Positions 1-8,613 of a DNA stretch of 31,273 nt are shown here, piece after piece. The first letter of the stretch is position 1. Each line of letters opens with the position of its first letter. This DNA is from a virus (lineage: Duplodnaviria > Caudoviricetes). The translations under genes and the position numbers were made by a program. The stretch covers positions 1 to 31,273 of the IMG/VR virus record IMGVR_UViG_3300030333_007961. One strand, given 5' to 3'. Under the pieces are notes generated by a model. That model was not told where the DNA came from. It saw only the letters and a program-made list of their open reading frames with translations, and made no database searches.

Positions 1-630
1 TTTCCAGCTTTCAGAGATGTCCGGTCTTGGTTCGCCTACCATCTCATCCCATTTTGAGTACTGTTCTTCTGGGACAACCCTACAAACTTCGTCCTTTATA
101 AGCTTCCATTTTTTTACAAAGTGCGGTTCAGATGCATCACATCCATCCATCACTTGCAATGGAGACTTCCAACTAAAATCATAATCACTTTCTTGGCTTT
201 CGTAAAATGCTAAATCTTCTAACACCATTCGAAAAACCCAATCTCTGTCTTCCCATCCGCCGTTTGTGTATCTTTGATCCCACCATCCTATTTTTCTGAC
301 TAATTCTTTTGAAAGGCCCATGAAGCCAACATTCCACTGCATGGCGCAAGCGAAACCATTTTCAAGGAGAGTAATAATTTTTTGAGCTTGATGTACGGTT
401 GGCAATACCCTGTCGTTCACCATAATAACAAATTCTGTTGGAGAAGTTGCGATTGCTTCATTCAACATTTCGGAATAGCTAGGGTATGCATGGGGGAATC
501 TATCTATCCTGTTATTCCAATAAACTTTATATTTGTCTTCTAACTGAGACAAAATTTTCATTTGGTTATCGACCACTTTTTGATCACAACCGCAATGTAG
601 TGAAATCGTTATTTCGGTTATTTTTTCCAT
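1..630 (-). CDS. Glycosyltransferase, GT2-like (partial, runs off the left edge)
   Basis: Read by hand from ATG at 630: MEKITEITISLHCG...VNDRVLP...KIGWWDQRYTNGGWEDRDW. The GxEDxD motif is typical of GT2. Not in the ORF track. Confidence 0.75.
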   Translation of the reverse strand, partial: MEKITEITISLHCGCDQKVVDNQMKILSQLEDKYKVYWNNRIDRFPHAYPSYSEMLNEAIATSPTEFVIMVNDRVLPTVHQAQKIITLLENGFACAMQWNVGFMGLSKELVRKIGWWDQRYTNGGWEDRDWVFRMVLEDLAFYESQESDYDFSWKSPLQVMDGCDASEPHFVKKWKLIKDEVCRVVPEEQYSKWDEMVGEPRPDISESWK

Positions 631-1574
631 TCTCTTTGCAATATGTTTAATATGTTATTGGCGCGAGACTTGGTAGTAGCATTATTGAGCAACCACTTCC
701 TTTGCTGGTCTATGAGAGATAAATAAAGCGAGGAGGGCTGGTTATCTACTACTAGCTGTTTAGTTATAATATCTAGCTCTTCTTTCGTTGAGTAAGACAA
801 ACACGGCATAAATGTAGGGGAGCAGAATTGAGGCTTTAGGTCGTAATCTTTAAATAGGAGTAAAGTTCCAGCGGCAATTATTTCATAATGCCTCAGACAG
901 TCCCATCCTCCTTTTTTGCATGTTAATCCTATCCATGACTTAGAAAGATCTTCGTAATAGTCGTCTTCATCAGTAAAAATGTGATGAGCTCTTCCTCCTC
1001 CAAGATCTTGCACTTCTTTAAACAAGGCGCTATCAGGTGCAGTTTTTTGATAGAGTTGAGTCTTTTTTGAGAAGTCAATTTTTCTTATTTGATATTCAGG
1101 AATACCAAATCCAGTGGGGTGTACATTTTTTACGTTTTCTACAAGCTCTCTTTTAAAAGAGTTATTTTTTTGGACCCCTATTATATTTTCGCCTTGAAAA
1201 TTTATCATGCGTGGCGCGTGACCGTATAAGTCATGCCCGTCTAAGTGCCAGATATTTTCTTCGGAGACTAAATCGTTAACCTCTTTAATTTCTTGTTGAT
1301 TGTAAGCGTTTGAAACCCCGTAAATAACATAGTCAAAGTCTTTAAGCTCTCTTTGTTTTTTTGAAAGATCCTTTATGGGTTTTTTATACAAAGTAAACCC
1401 TCTACCGTGAAGATCCTCTTTTTTAGTGGAAGACCAATCATGGTACATTACTTTTTTTCTGGGGAAATCAACGCAATTTTCACCAAGCACTTCTCTTAGG
1501 CCGTGCAATATGGAAACCTCCAAAAGGTCTCCTTGGCTTTTCGGATCTATTGTTGAAACAAATAAAACTCTCAT
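618..1574 (-). CDS. Glycosyltransferase-like protein (GT-B type C-terminal domain)
   Basis: GGWDCLRHYEIIAAGTLLL resembles the R-x-Y/F-E motif of GT-B enzymes; lies within the GT operon. Confidence 0.6.
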   Translation of the reverse strand: MRVLFVSTIDPKSQGDLLEVSILHGLREVLGENCVDFPRKKVMYHDWSSTKKEDLHGRGFTLYKKPIKDLSKKQRELKDFDYVIYGVSNAYNQQEIKEVNDLVSEENIWHLDGHDLYGHAPRMINFQGENIIGVQKNNSFKRELVENVKNVHPTGFGIPEYQIRKIDFSKKTQLYQKTAPDSALFKEVQDLGGGRAHHIFTDEDDYYEDLSKSWIGLTCKKGGWDCLRHYEIIAAGTLLLFKDYDLKPQFCSPTFMPCLSYSTKEELDIITKQLVVDNQPSSLYLSLIDQQRKWLLNNATTKSRANNILNILQREWKK

Positions 1575-2332
1575 CCTTCGTACAGGTCAGACATTTTCAC
1601 GTATTCTTCGTTCCAAGGCTGATTGCCAGCAAAGTGTCTAATGATTGTGTCTTTTTTTAAGCTTCGGTTAATGTTGTATTTTTGAAGCATACTACTGACT
1701 GCATCATTAGCTTCTTCAGCGAGTAGTGTGCAATCCCATTCTGGGCCTCTGACTTCTACATGCTCGTTTAGTTCGTCTATTGAGTATTCTAAATTTTTAG
1801 TGACTTTAGAATGAAAGCCGTAGTTAGGCATATCCTTAAACGGTTTCCAGCTATGAGGCAGTATTCCTGCAAGTGTGTACCAAGCAGCTTGCTCCCTGAA
1901 GTTTTCCCAGTGGTCATCATTACGCATTTTTTGCCAAAGATCTTCACTGAGAATATTCTCCACTAAGTTTTTAGACCAATCATTTATTGTGATTGTATAG
2001 TTACCCATGCAGTGAGTGTTGCCGTTATCGACAGAGTAAGAAAAAGACTTTTGAGTTTCGTAAGATTGGTCACTTTTAACTATAACCATATCTGCATCTA
2101 AGTGAGTAAATACATCCCCATCTTTTAATTCGCCGTTTTTTATCATTTCTTGAAGGATAGTAAACTTCCACCAAGTTGGGTTCTCCCTAAAAAGAGGAGG
2201 GGTATCTTTGATGAACATGTATTCAAAGCCATGCTTCTCGCAATATTTTTCGTTTAGCGGAGATATTTTATTTTCAAAGAACTCTTGCTTGTGGTCTTTA
2301 TAATTAGCGATTACTAGAAATATTTTTTTCAT
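1571..2332 (-). CDS. GT-A glycosyltransferase, GT34 (galactosyl/xylosyltransferase)-like
   Basis: KYCEKHGFEY, PTWWKF, HLDADM (DxD), REQAA, IRHFAG. Start placed at MKK (2332), just after the upstream stop. Confidence 0.7.
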   Translation of the reverse strand: MKKIFLVIANYKDHKQEFFENKISPLNEKYCEKHGFEYMFIKDTPPLFRENPTWWKFTILQEMIKNGELKDGDVFTHLDADMVIVKSDQSYETQKSFSYSVDNGNTHCMGNYTITINDWSKNLVENILSEDLWQKMRNDDHWENFREQAAWYTLAGILPHSWKPFKDMPNYGFHSKVTKNLEYSIDELNEHVEVRGPEWDCTLLAEEANDAVSSMLQKYNINRSLKKDTIIRHFAGNQPWNEEYVKMSDLYEG

Positions 2333-2333
2333 T

Positions 2334-3266
2334 TTACCAATAGCATCCACCTTCGTGGAAAAATTGTTTATGGTCTTCGAACTTAGGATCTGGGGTCTCT
2401 TCAGGCAAAGGCCTTACCCAGTGCTCATTCATATACTCATCCATCTCACCGTTCTCATCCCATCTTCTCCCTCTTATGCCGGGAAATAGCTGGGTTGCTC
2501 CTGCTGCATGTATTCCTGCTTTTCCAATTTTTTTAGCGTGAGCAGAAAGTGGCACTCCCCAGAAACCAGCGCCAACGAGAAGTACATCAAAATCAATTGA
2601 CTCCATTCTTTTCTTCATATCTTCAAGAGAGGAGAACCAATCAGGAAACTCTGGCTCTATGAGGTAGTCATACAGAGGAACTTTAAGGGTTTTTATTTTT
2701 ACATTATCGGGGAAAAGTTTTTTATTGGACCAAACTAAATTGAGTTTATCTTTTTGATTCTCAATTGATTGTTGGAATGGGTGAGCAATTAGTAAAGTTT
2801 TACCTTCCAAGCCTAAAGTCCAAGGATTATCAAAATGATAAGCTGCATACGGAGACATTTCGGTAATGATCGCATCTTTATTAACGTAATCTATGCAAAG
2901 CTTATCCTCTGCTAGGTTAGCTCCCGTGGGTGTAGATTTTGTCCAAGTGCCGAACATGTCTACTTCACTTAGCGTTGAGAGGTAGTAATTACAAAAATCT
3001 TTTAATATATTGTACTCTGTTGGGTAAAGGCCTCCCATGTATCGAGACTGAGTACTTACAGGTATGTTAGGGTGAAGTCTACATTGATTAAAGTCTGGGT
3101 TTTCGGTATTCTGGAGGAATACGTCTAAAAGCATCATCTCAGACATTCCTATACGGCCAAAGGAAAAGCTTTTGCCCTCTTTGACCCAAGAAGAAACTAA
3201 TTCATGACCATAAGGGTCGCTGTATACTGGCCTTTCCCCAAAGTAAGATTTTATATTTTCACTCAT
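2334..3266 (-). CDS. Conserved polysaccharide-locus protein, possible GT-D-fold glycosyltransferase
   Basis: SFGRIGMSE and DFDVLLVGAGFWGVPL...GIHAAGATQLFPGIRGRRWD motifs; operon context. Confidence 0.55.
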   Translation of the reverse strand: MSENIKSYFGERPVYSDPYGHELVSSWVKEGKSFSFGRIGMSEMMLLDVFLQNTENPDFNQCRLHPNIPVSTQSRYMGGLYPTEYNILKDFCNYYLSTLSEVDMFGTWTKSTPTGANLAEDKLCIDYVNKDAIITEMSPYAAYHFDNPWTLGLEGKTLLIAHPFQQSIENQKDKLNLVWSNKKLFPDNVKIKTLKVPLYDYLIEPEFPDWFSSLEDMKKRMESIDFDVLLVGAGFWGVPLSAHAKKIGKAGIHAAGATQLFPGIRGRRWDENGEMDEYMNEHWVRPLPEETPDPKFEDHKQFFHEGGCYW

Positions 3267-4054
3267 TCGTTTGGGTGATTTTTAAAATGATTAATTATGT
3301 ATTGAGTAGATTCAAATGAGCCCTCTCTTGAACAATTTCTAAAATACCAGTCTACACAATTAGCGGACATTTCTCTCCATTGATCTTTAGAGCAGCTATT
3401 TACTATGTCTTCTACTTGTTCTGGATATTCAGCATAAAAGTAATGGTAATTTTCTCGTAGCGGTTCAAAGTAAGTATTGTCTACTCCTTCTGTGAAAATA
3501 GGTACTGTGCCTAGCCCCATTAACTCTATCTCTCTTTGGCATTTGGGGCCGTGACCAGAAAGGCAAAGCCCGAACTTGGCTCTTCTAATTTCTCTCAAAT
3601 ATTCCTCATTAGATAATCTGTGATTTCCAGAAATACCGAGCTCTATTGGCATTGAGAAAACCTCTATGGAATCAGACCAGTCTTTTTTGGTTCTTTTTTG
3701 GTGTTGAATTGGATTTTCTACTTTGCCCAAGAAAATGGAGGATATGTCTCTTTGGTCGTAATTCCATATACCTTCATTGATACACACCTCTAATTTTCTG
3801 GGATGCCTTGGCCAATATATCCAAGGTGTTGATTTTGGTCCTGAGTAAACCTCATTAGCAAAAAGACCTAGCTCCCAATCAACTGGTAAATTTGTTAGCC
3901 TGTCGTGCTCGTAAAGAAGGACATCTCCTAATTCATTCGCCCAAGTACATCTTTCGTTAGACTGTACTGATTCGCAAAGCCCACTTTCTTCCCACATTGT
4001 AATTAACTCTTGCAGGGAATCCTGCCATGAAGTCTTTGCTCTATGTATTTTCAT
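3263..4054 (-). CDS. Exostosin/GT47-like glycosyltransferase domain
   Basis: EYLREIRRAKFGLCLSGHGPKCQREIELMGLGTVPI matches the exostosin C-terminal pattern. Confidence 0.65.
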   Translation of the reverse strand: MKIHRAKTSWQDSLQELITMWEESGLCESVQSNERCTWANELGDVLLYEHDRLTNLPVDWELGLFANEVYSGPKSTPWIYWPRHPRKLEVCINEGIWNYDQRDISSIFLGKVENPIQHQKRTKKDWSDSIEVFSMPIELGISGNHRLSNEEYLREIRRAKFGLCLSGHGPKCQREIELMGLGTVPIFTEGVDNTYFEPLRENYHYFYAEYPEQVEDIVNSCSKDQWREMSANCVDWYFRNCSREGSFESTQYIINHFKNHPNE

Positions 4055-4874
4055 TTTTTAATTCTTCCATTTTTTCTAAAATGGATCTGTATTCCATGTT
4101 AAAGGATTGTTCCATGTGCTCAAAAACTATTTGCTGCAAGCCTTCCCCAAAGTTTGGGTACTTTAACTCTTTAAGTGTGTGGAAATGAAAATTTACTGCT
4201 GGTAACGCGCCAAAAAACAATTTTTGGTCTTGTACATTCAGCAGTTCAATTCTCTTCTTCGTCTTATCAGTAAGGAATCTCCACCAACCAATGTTGTAAT
4301 TCATTGGCAGATTTAATGTCAAGAAAGATTTTAGAACTAACTCTAAAGGTTTTTGTTCATAATACAAACCCAAGGACTTGTGGTTTGATGTTAGGGTCAT
4401 CCAGTGTCTTATGAACTCTTGATTGCTTATGAAAGCCATGCCGCAGTTGAAGTATCCCGTTACTTTCTCGTCCCCAAAACCGTCCGTCATATGTGGGCAT
4501 ACGCAAGCGTCAACCTTCTTGTTTGCTAATAGCTCTAATATGTTTTCATCTATTGGGTTGGTAAAGATCATGTCATTGTCTATCAATAAGACAAATGGGT
4601 GATGCTTCATTCCCTCGGAGCATATAGAAAACTTGGTTAATATTAATTTCGTAAAGTTCTCATTTTGTTTTTCATCATTAACAACATGATCACAATCATC
4701 GTTTTCTATAAGTAAGTGCGCGTGTACTTTTTCAGATTCCTCTATCGAGTTTTTTACGAATTCATCGCAAGAAATATACCACTCGCAATCATGAAATAGC
4801 TCTATGGAGTGCTTGAACAGAAGAAATTCTTTATAGCAATTTTCCGTTACTACTGTGCATACTGGAAGTATCAT
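4041..4874 (-). CDS. GT-A glycosyltransferase (GT8/GT77-like)
   Basis: LIDNDMIF (DxD), YFNCGMAF, YEQKPL, YNIGWW, FHFH. Confidence 0.7.
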   Translation of the reverse strand: MILPVCTVVTENCYKEFLLFKHSIELFHDCEWYISCDEFVKNSIEESEKVHAHLLIENDDCDHVVNDEKQNENFTKLILTKFSICSEGMKHHPFVLLIDNDMIFTNPIDENILELLANKKVDACVCPHMTDGFGDEKVTGYFNCGMAFISNQEFIRHWMTLTSNHKSLGLYYEQKPLELVLKSFLTLNLPMNYNIGWWRFLTDKTKKRIELLNVQDQKLFFGALPAVNFHFHTLKELKYPNFGEGLQQIVFEHMEQSFNMEYRSILEKMEELKNENT

Positions 4875-5632
4875 TTAATTATAAAATTTCTATAATCTGC
4901 CATTTCGGAGTATTTGACTCTCAGGTCATTAACCTCTTGAACCGCCTCAGAAAGTGTTTCTTTTTTAGTGGAAACTCCCTCTGGGTTTTTATAGTATAAA
5001 CCTAGAGTTCGGTCAATCCCTTTAAACAAGCTTCCTTGGGAGGCTGCTCTTAGCCAAAGATCAAAGTCTGCTGCTGAAATCATATCGGTCTTGAAGTGGC
5101 CATAGTTGTCATGAAGCCTTCTTCTCCATACTGGGCAGTTATGCGGCATATTGAATTTTAGAAGGTTTTCGTATGAGAACTCAGGCATTCTGTATTCAGC
5201 TACTGCATTGTTAAATTCGAAAGTATCCTTTTCCGTGCAGGTCATCAGCACATGTGCGTAGGCTAAATCAATCTCTGGGTTGGATTTAAGGCATTTTACG
5301 TGTTCCTCTATGTGCTCTGGGTGTCTTTTGTCGTCAAGATTCCAATTAGATAAAAAATCTCCTTGGGACATCTCTATGCCTATGTTCCAAACAGCATAAA
5401 CCCCCGGATCTTTTTCGAGGGTCATATATTTGATGTTTTTATATTTTTTTTCGTAGTCTAATATTACCTCTTCCTCTTGTTCTTTTTCTGGGGAATTGGC
5501 GTTTATAATTACAAATTCTACATCGTCAAAAATCGACTGCTTTAAGATGTCTTCGAAAAATGCTTCAATCCATTTAGCCCCTTTAAATACAGAGGTGAAG
5601 CAAGATATTTGATAATTTTTTTCCCCTGTCAT
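4871..5632 (-). CDS. GT2 family glycosyltransferase
   Basis: EFVIINANS, GVYAVWNIGI, NLDD, AADFDLWLR. Confidence 0.9.
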   Translation of the reverse strand: MTGEKNYQISCFTSVFKGAKWIEAFFEDILKQSIFDDVEFVIINANSPEKEQEEEVILDYEKKYKNIKYMTLEKDPGVYAVWNIGIEMSQGDFLSNWNLDDKRHPEHIEEHVKCLKSNPEIDLAYAHVLMTCTEKDTFEFNNAVAEYRMPEFSYENLLKFNMPHNCPVWRRRLHDNYGHFKTDMISAADFDLWLRAASQGSLFKGIDRTLGLYYKNPEGVSTKKETLSEAVQEVNDLRVKYSEMADYRNFIIK

Positions 5633-5638
5633 TTTAAA

Positions 5639-5652
5639 GTGTAAAACTATAT
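5639..5652 (+). promoter_or_regulatory. GTGTAA promoter-like motif, 8 nt before ATG
   Basis: GTGTAA-AACTATAT-ATG. Confidence 0.65.
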
Positions 5653-5674
5653 ATGAACTTGATTGTCATATCAA
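5646..5674 (-). promoter_or_regulatory. Putative sigma70-type promoter of the GT operon
   Basis: TTGATA-N17-TATAGT on the minus strand, upstream of ATG 5632. Confidence 0.4.
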
Positions 5675-5973
5675 GCCTAACTTGCAATGACGGTCTTTTC
5701 TTTCGCTATATTTCTATGATGTCCAAGACAGAATTGGACATGGATATTCTTATTGAGTCCAAAAAAGAAGAGGTGGATCAATATTATTCTATTTTAAAAT
5801 CTCACGGATGGTTTGATTACGTGGACGATTTTGTGTATCCAGAGCATAGACTAGAAGGGATAAGGCTAGATCGAGAGCTAAATTACCCCATGACAATAAA
5901 AGTCGATAAAATAGCCTGTGAAAATACCCTTAATATATTAGGGCAGATAAAAAGTATGAACAGGTTTATTTAG
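5653..5973 (+). CDS. Hypothetical protein
   Basis: 106-aa ORF preceded by the GTGTAA motif. Confidence 0.7.
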   Translation: MNLIVISSLTCNDGLFFRYISMMSKTELDMDILIESKKEEVDQYYSILKSHGWFDYVDDFVYPEHRLEGIRLDRELNYPMTIKVDKIACENTLNILGQIKSMNRFI

Positions 5974-6259
5974 AGCCTAGATTGTCTATTTTTTGCTCTA
6001 ATCTATCAAATCTATGATTAATTGCTTGGGCAAACTCCCTGAAATCATCTTTACCCATATATTTATCAGGTAATGAAAGAGCTAGTTTGTTGTGTTCTGC
6101 CCATAGTTTGTCCTGCTCTTGGTCTGATAACTCTTTAAGGTGCTCTAACTCCGTTCGCATGTCTTTTATAGCTGCGTAAGTTACCTTAAACACCCAACCG
6201 CCGAAAAAGGTCAAAAGACCTACTACTGCGTTAAAGAAAAACTGAAAATCAATCTCCAT
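5966..6259 (-). CDS. Small membrane/coiled-coil protein, holin-like
   Basis: N-terminal TM helix, coiled coil ending RFDRLEQKID, SD-like GAGGGAG. Confidence 0.55.
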   Translation of the reverse strand: MEIDFQFFFNAVVGLLTFFGGWVFKVTYAAIKDMRTELEHLKELSDQEQDKLWAEHNKLALSLPDKYMGKDDFREFAQAINHRFDRLEQKIDNLGSK

Positions 6260-6281
6260 ATGTATCTCCCTCTAATATAAG

Positions 6282-6287
6282 TTACAC
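6282..6287 (-). promoter_or_regulatory. GTGTAA promoter-like motif
   Basis: GTGTAA-CTTATATT-AGAGGGAG leader, directly after a terminator. Confidence 0.6.
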
Positions 6288-6316
6288 AAAAAAACCCCCT
6301 CTGGGAAAAGAGGGGG
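6288..6316 (-). terminator. Rho-independent terminator
   Basis: CCCCCTCT/AGAGGGGG stem followed by T7 on the minus strand. Confidence 0.85.
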
Positions 6317-6328
6317 GAAAACTAAGTT

Positions 6329-6643
6329 TTATCTATGAGGTTTGATCATTAATGATGCAGCTTTCAACCAAGCTAACATCGCTACAGACATCCAAGGGTC
6401 GATCATTTTGGTGGCAACTAAGGCTCCAAACAAGATCAAGACTCCCCCTAGTCTACAATCTGGGCATTTTACGGCTTTCATGATCCAGTCTTTTCCCTTA
6501 ATGATCCAGTTTTTAACCTGTTTCATTTCAGGGGACTTGGACGCAATCCATTTTGAGATAGATCCCCATTTGGATTTAATCCAAACGTCGATCTTATTAG
6601 CCCATGACATCTCGGAGTTGCTTTTTTTGTTTTTATGTCTCAT
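6329..6643 (-). CDS. Basic membrane protein, hypothetical
   Basis: SD AAGGAGG; amphipathic N-terminus, CPDC, two hydrophobic C-terminal segments. Confidence 0.7.
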   Translation of the reverse strand: MRHKNKKSNSEMSWANKIDVWIKSKWGSISKWIASKSPEMKQVKNWIIKGKDWIMKAVKCPDCRLGGVLILFGALVATKMIDPWMSVAMLAWLKAASLMIKPHR

Positions 6644-6671
6644 AACAATTGCCTCCTTGAGGCATTTATAT

Positions 6672-6688
6672 TTACACGGAAAGTGTAA
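6672..6688. promoter_or_regulatory. Back-to-back GTGTAA motifs serving divergent genes
   Basis: TTACAC-GGAAA-GTGTAA; the plus copy is 8 nt before ATG 6697. Confidence 0.65.
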
Positions 6689-6696
6689 GTATATGT

Positions 6697-7182
6697 ATGC
6701 GTATTTTTACATTAAATAAAAAAGTAAGACTATTGGGGGTTTTGCTGCTTTTTTGGGCTGTTTTCTTCTCTGGTTTTGAGTTTTACGAAGTAGATGGGGA
6801 TAGCATGAATCCGACTTTAAAGGACGGAACTAAGGTTTTTGTTAATAGTATTTATTGCAAAATAGTTTCGCCTGATAGAGGGGATATAATCGTAACCGAT
6901 GACCCTAATGACAATTCAGATCACTTAATAAAAAGGGTGGTTGGTCTTCCAAATGAAAGAATAATGATAAAAAACGGATTTATTTATGTAGATGGAAGAA
7001 AATTAGAAGAAAAGAATAGAGAAAGAATAATGCTTACAAGAGATAGTATTTATTACTTAGATACAAATGAAATAAAGTTAAAGTATAACGAGTATTACAT
7101 TATTGGCGATAACAGGAATCATACTTGGTACGGGATTATCAAAGAGAAGCACATAATCGCAATGCTGGTTAATCAGCGATAG
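6697..7182 (+). CDS. lepB: Signal peptidase I (S26)
   Basis: TM anchor, GDSMNPTL (catalytic Ser), IKRVVGLP (catalytic Lys), GDNR. Confidence 0.92.
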   Translation: MRIFTLNKKVRLLGVLLLFWAVFFSGFEFYEVDGDSMNPTLKDGTKVFVNSIYCKIVSPDRGDIIVTDDPNDNSDHLIKRVVGLPNERIMIKNGFIYVDGRKLEEKNRERIMLTRDSIYYLDTNEIKLKYNEYYIIGDNRNHTWYGIIKEKHIIAMLVNQR

Positions 7183-7195
7183 TGTAAATAAATAC
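7182..7195 (+). promoter_or_regulatory. GTGTAA promoter-like motif, 8 nt before ATG
   Basis: GTGTAA-ATAAATAC-ATG. Confidence 0.65.
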
Positions 7196-7399
7196 ATGCA
7201 AATTCTTAGTTTAAATGGATACAAAATAAAAGTTTGCTTATGTGAAGACGGTTATTGGAAACACGATACGGTTTTTATATACAATAATTCTAAGTGCATA
7301 GCAGAAAAAGAAATACAACTTATAATGGATTACCTACTGAGTGAAGGGTTCATTAGAGATAGAAGAACTAAATTTTTCATACCAGAAAAAGAGGATTAG
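7196..7399 (+). CDS. Hypothetical protein
   Basis: 67-aa ORF with upstream motif. Confidence 0.65.
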   Translation: MQILSLNGYKIKVCLCEDGYWKHDTVFIYNNSKCIAEKEIQLIMDYLLSEGFIRDRRTKFFIPEKED

Positions 7400-7401
7400 A
7401 C

Positions 7402-7605
7402 ATGAAAAAATGGCTAATATGCAAGGATGGTGATTGCTGGGATGTTTCTGGGTCTGAGATGGCTGAAAGAAAAGTCATTTCAAAATCGGAATATTTTAAA
7501 ATAAAGAAAAAAATAGACGGTAAGTTTTTGCTTACCGCCTTTCTTTGGTTCTCTATTGTTTTAAATATTGTATTCTTAGGAATTCTCCTAAAAATCATCC
7601 TCTAA
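7402..7605 (+). CDS. Small protein with C-terminal TM helix
   Basis: SD GAGGA; hydrophobic C-terminus. Confidence 0.6.
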   Translation: MKKWLICKDGDCWDVSGSEMAERKVISKSEYFKIKKKIDGKFLLTAFLWFSIVLNIVFLGILLKIIL

Positions 7606-8598
7606 AACTCCAGAGTTCTGATAATCTTTAACCTTGCGCTCAAAGAAGTTTGTCATGGCTGCGGTATCGACTACTTCTGACAGCCAAGGGAAAGGGTTCT
7701 GAGCGTTCTCAAAAGAAAACTCAATTCCAATTCCTTCAAGCCGTCTGTTGCCGATATATCGCATATAATCAACAAACATCTCAGCGTTTAGGCCAAGAAT
7801 TCCTCGTGGAAGAACATCGTGGGCATATTGAATTTCAAGCTCTACGGCTTTTTTAATATGCTCAGTGGTTTCTTCCTCGAACTTTTTTGTCCACACCGAT
7901 GGATACTGTTCTTTAATCGTATTTATTAAATACGTACCAAATTGGATATGTAAGCTCTCGTCTCTAAGAGTATATCTAATTTGATCAGAAAGTCCGGGCA
8001 GTTTATTTTGTCTGCCAAGGGCTAGAAGCATAGCGAATCCACTAAAGAAAAAGGTTCCCTCACAAACGATATAGTAGGTAATCAAATTTCTCAGAAACTC
8101 TCTTTTTCCCTCTAAAGTCTTAGTACTGAAATCTTGCCTGTTGATGTTAGAGGTTATACTCATTAGGAAATCATCCTTCGCCTTAATTGAAGGTATGTTG
8201 ACATAGGCTTCGTAAACCTCAGATATTTTTAAAGAGTAGCTATCGCAGCAAGTTACGACTGTCCAGTTGTGTAGGGACTCTTCGTATGCTTGCCTCATTA
8301 TGTACTGACCACATTCAGCGTCTGTTATCCATTTTGCGACATTAAGTAATAAATTATTGCCAACCAAGGACTCACTTCCAGCAAAAAAACCAAGACATCT
8401 TTTAACGAGTAGCTTTTCATCTTTAGAGAGATCGTCTCCTTTCCATTGTTTTACATCATCCGACATATTAATTTCGGATGGCGACCAATTATTTGCTACG
8501 CCTTTTTGAAAAAGATCCCAAGCAAATTTGTGTTTATGTGGGAGAATCTGGTTAACTCCCGTCGTGTTTTCATCTAGTAATAATCCTGTTTTACTCAT
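7588..8598 (-). CDS. nrdB: Ribonucleotide reductase R2 (beta), class Ic-like
   Basis: LGFFAGSESLVGNN, EESLH, CEGTFFFSGF, RDESLH, NFFERKVKDY. Confidence 0.97.
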   Translation of the reverse strand: MSKTGLLLDENTTGVNQILPHKHKFAWDLFQKGVANNWSPSEINMSDDVKQWKGDDLSKDEKLLVKRCLGFFAGSESLVGNNLLLNVAKWITDAECGQYIMRQAYEESLHNWTVVTCCDSYSLKISEVYEAYVNIPSIKAKDDFLMSITSNINRQDFSTKTLEGKREFLRNLITYYIVCEGTFFFSGFAMLLALGRQNKLPGLSDQIRYTLRDESLHIQFGTYLINTIKEQYPSVWTKKFEEETTEHIKKAVELEIQYAHDVLPRGILGLNAEMFVDYMRYIGNRRLEGIGIEFSFENAQNPFPWLSEVVDTAAMTNFFERKVKDYQNSGVLEDDF

Positions 8599-8613
8599 TT
8601 TCCATCCTTTGTA

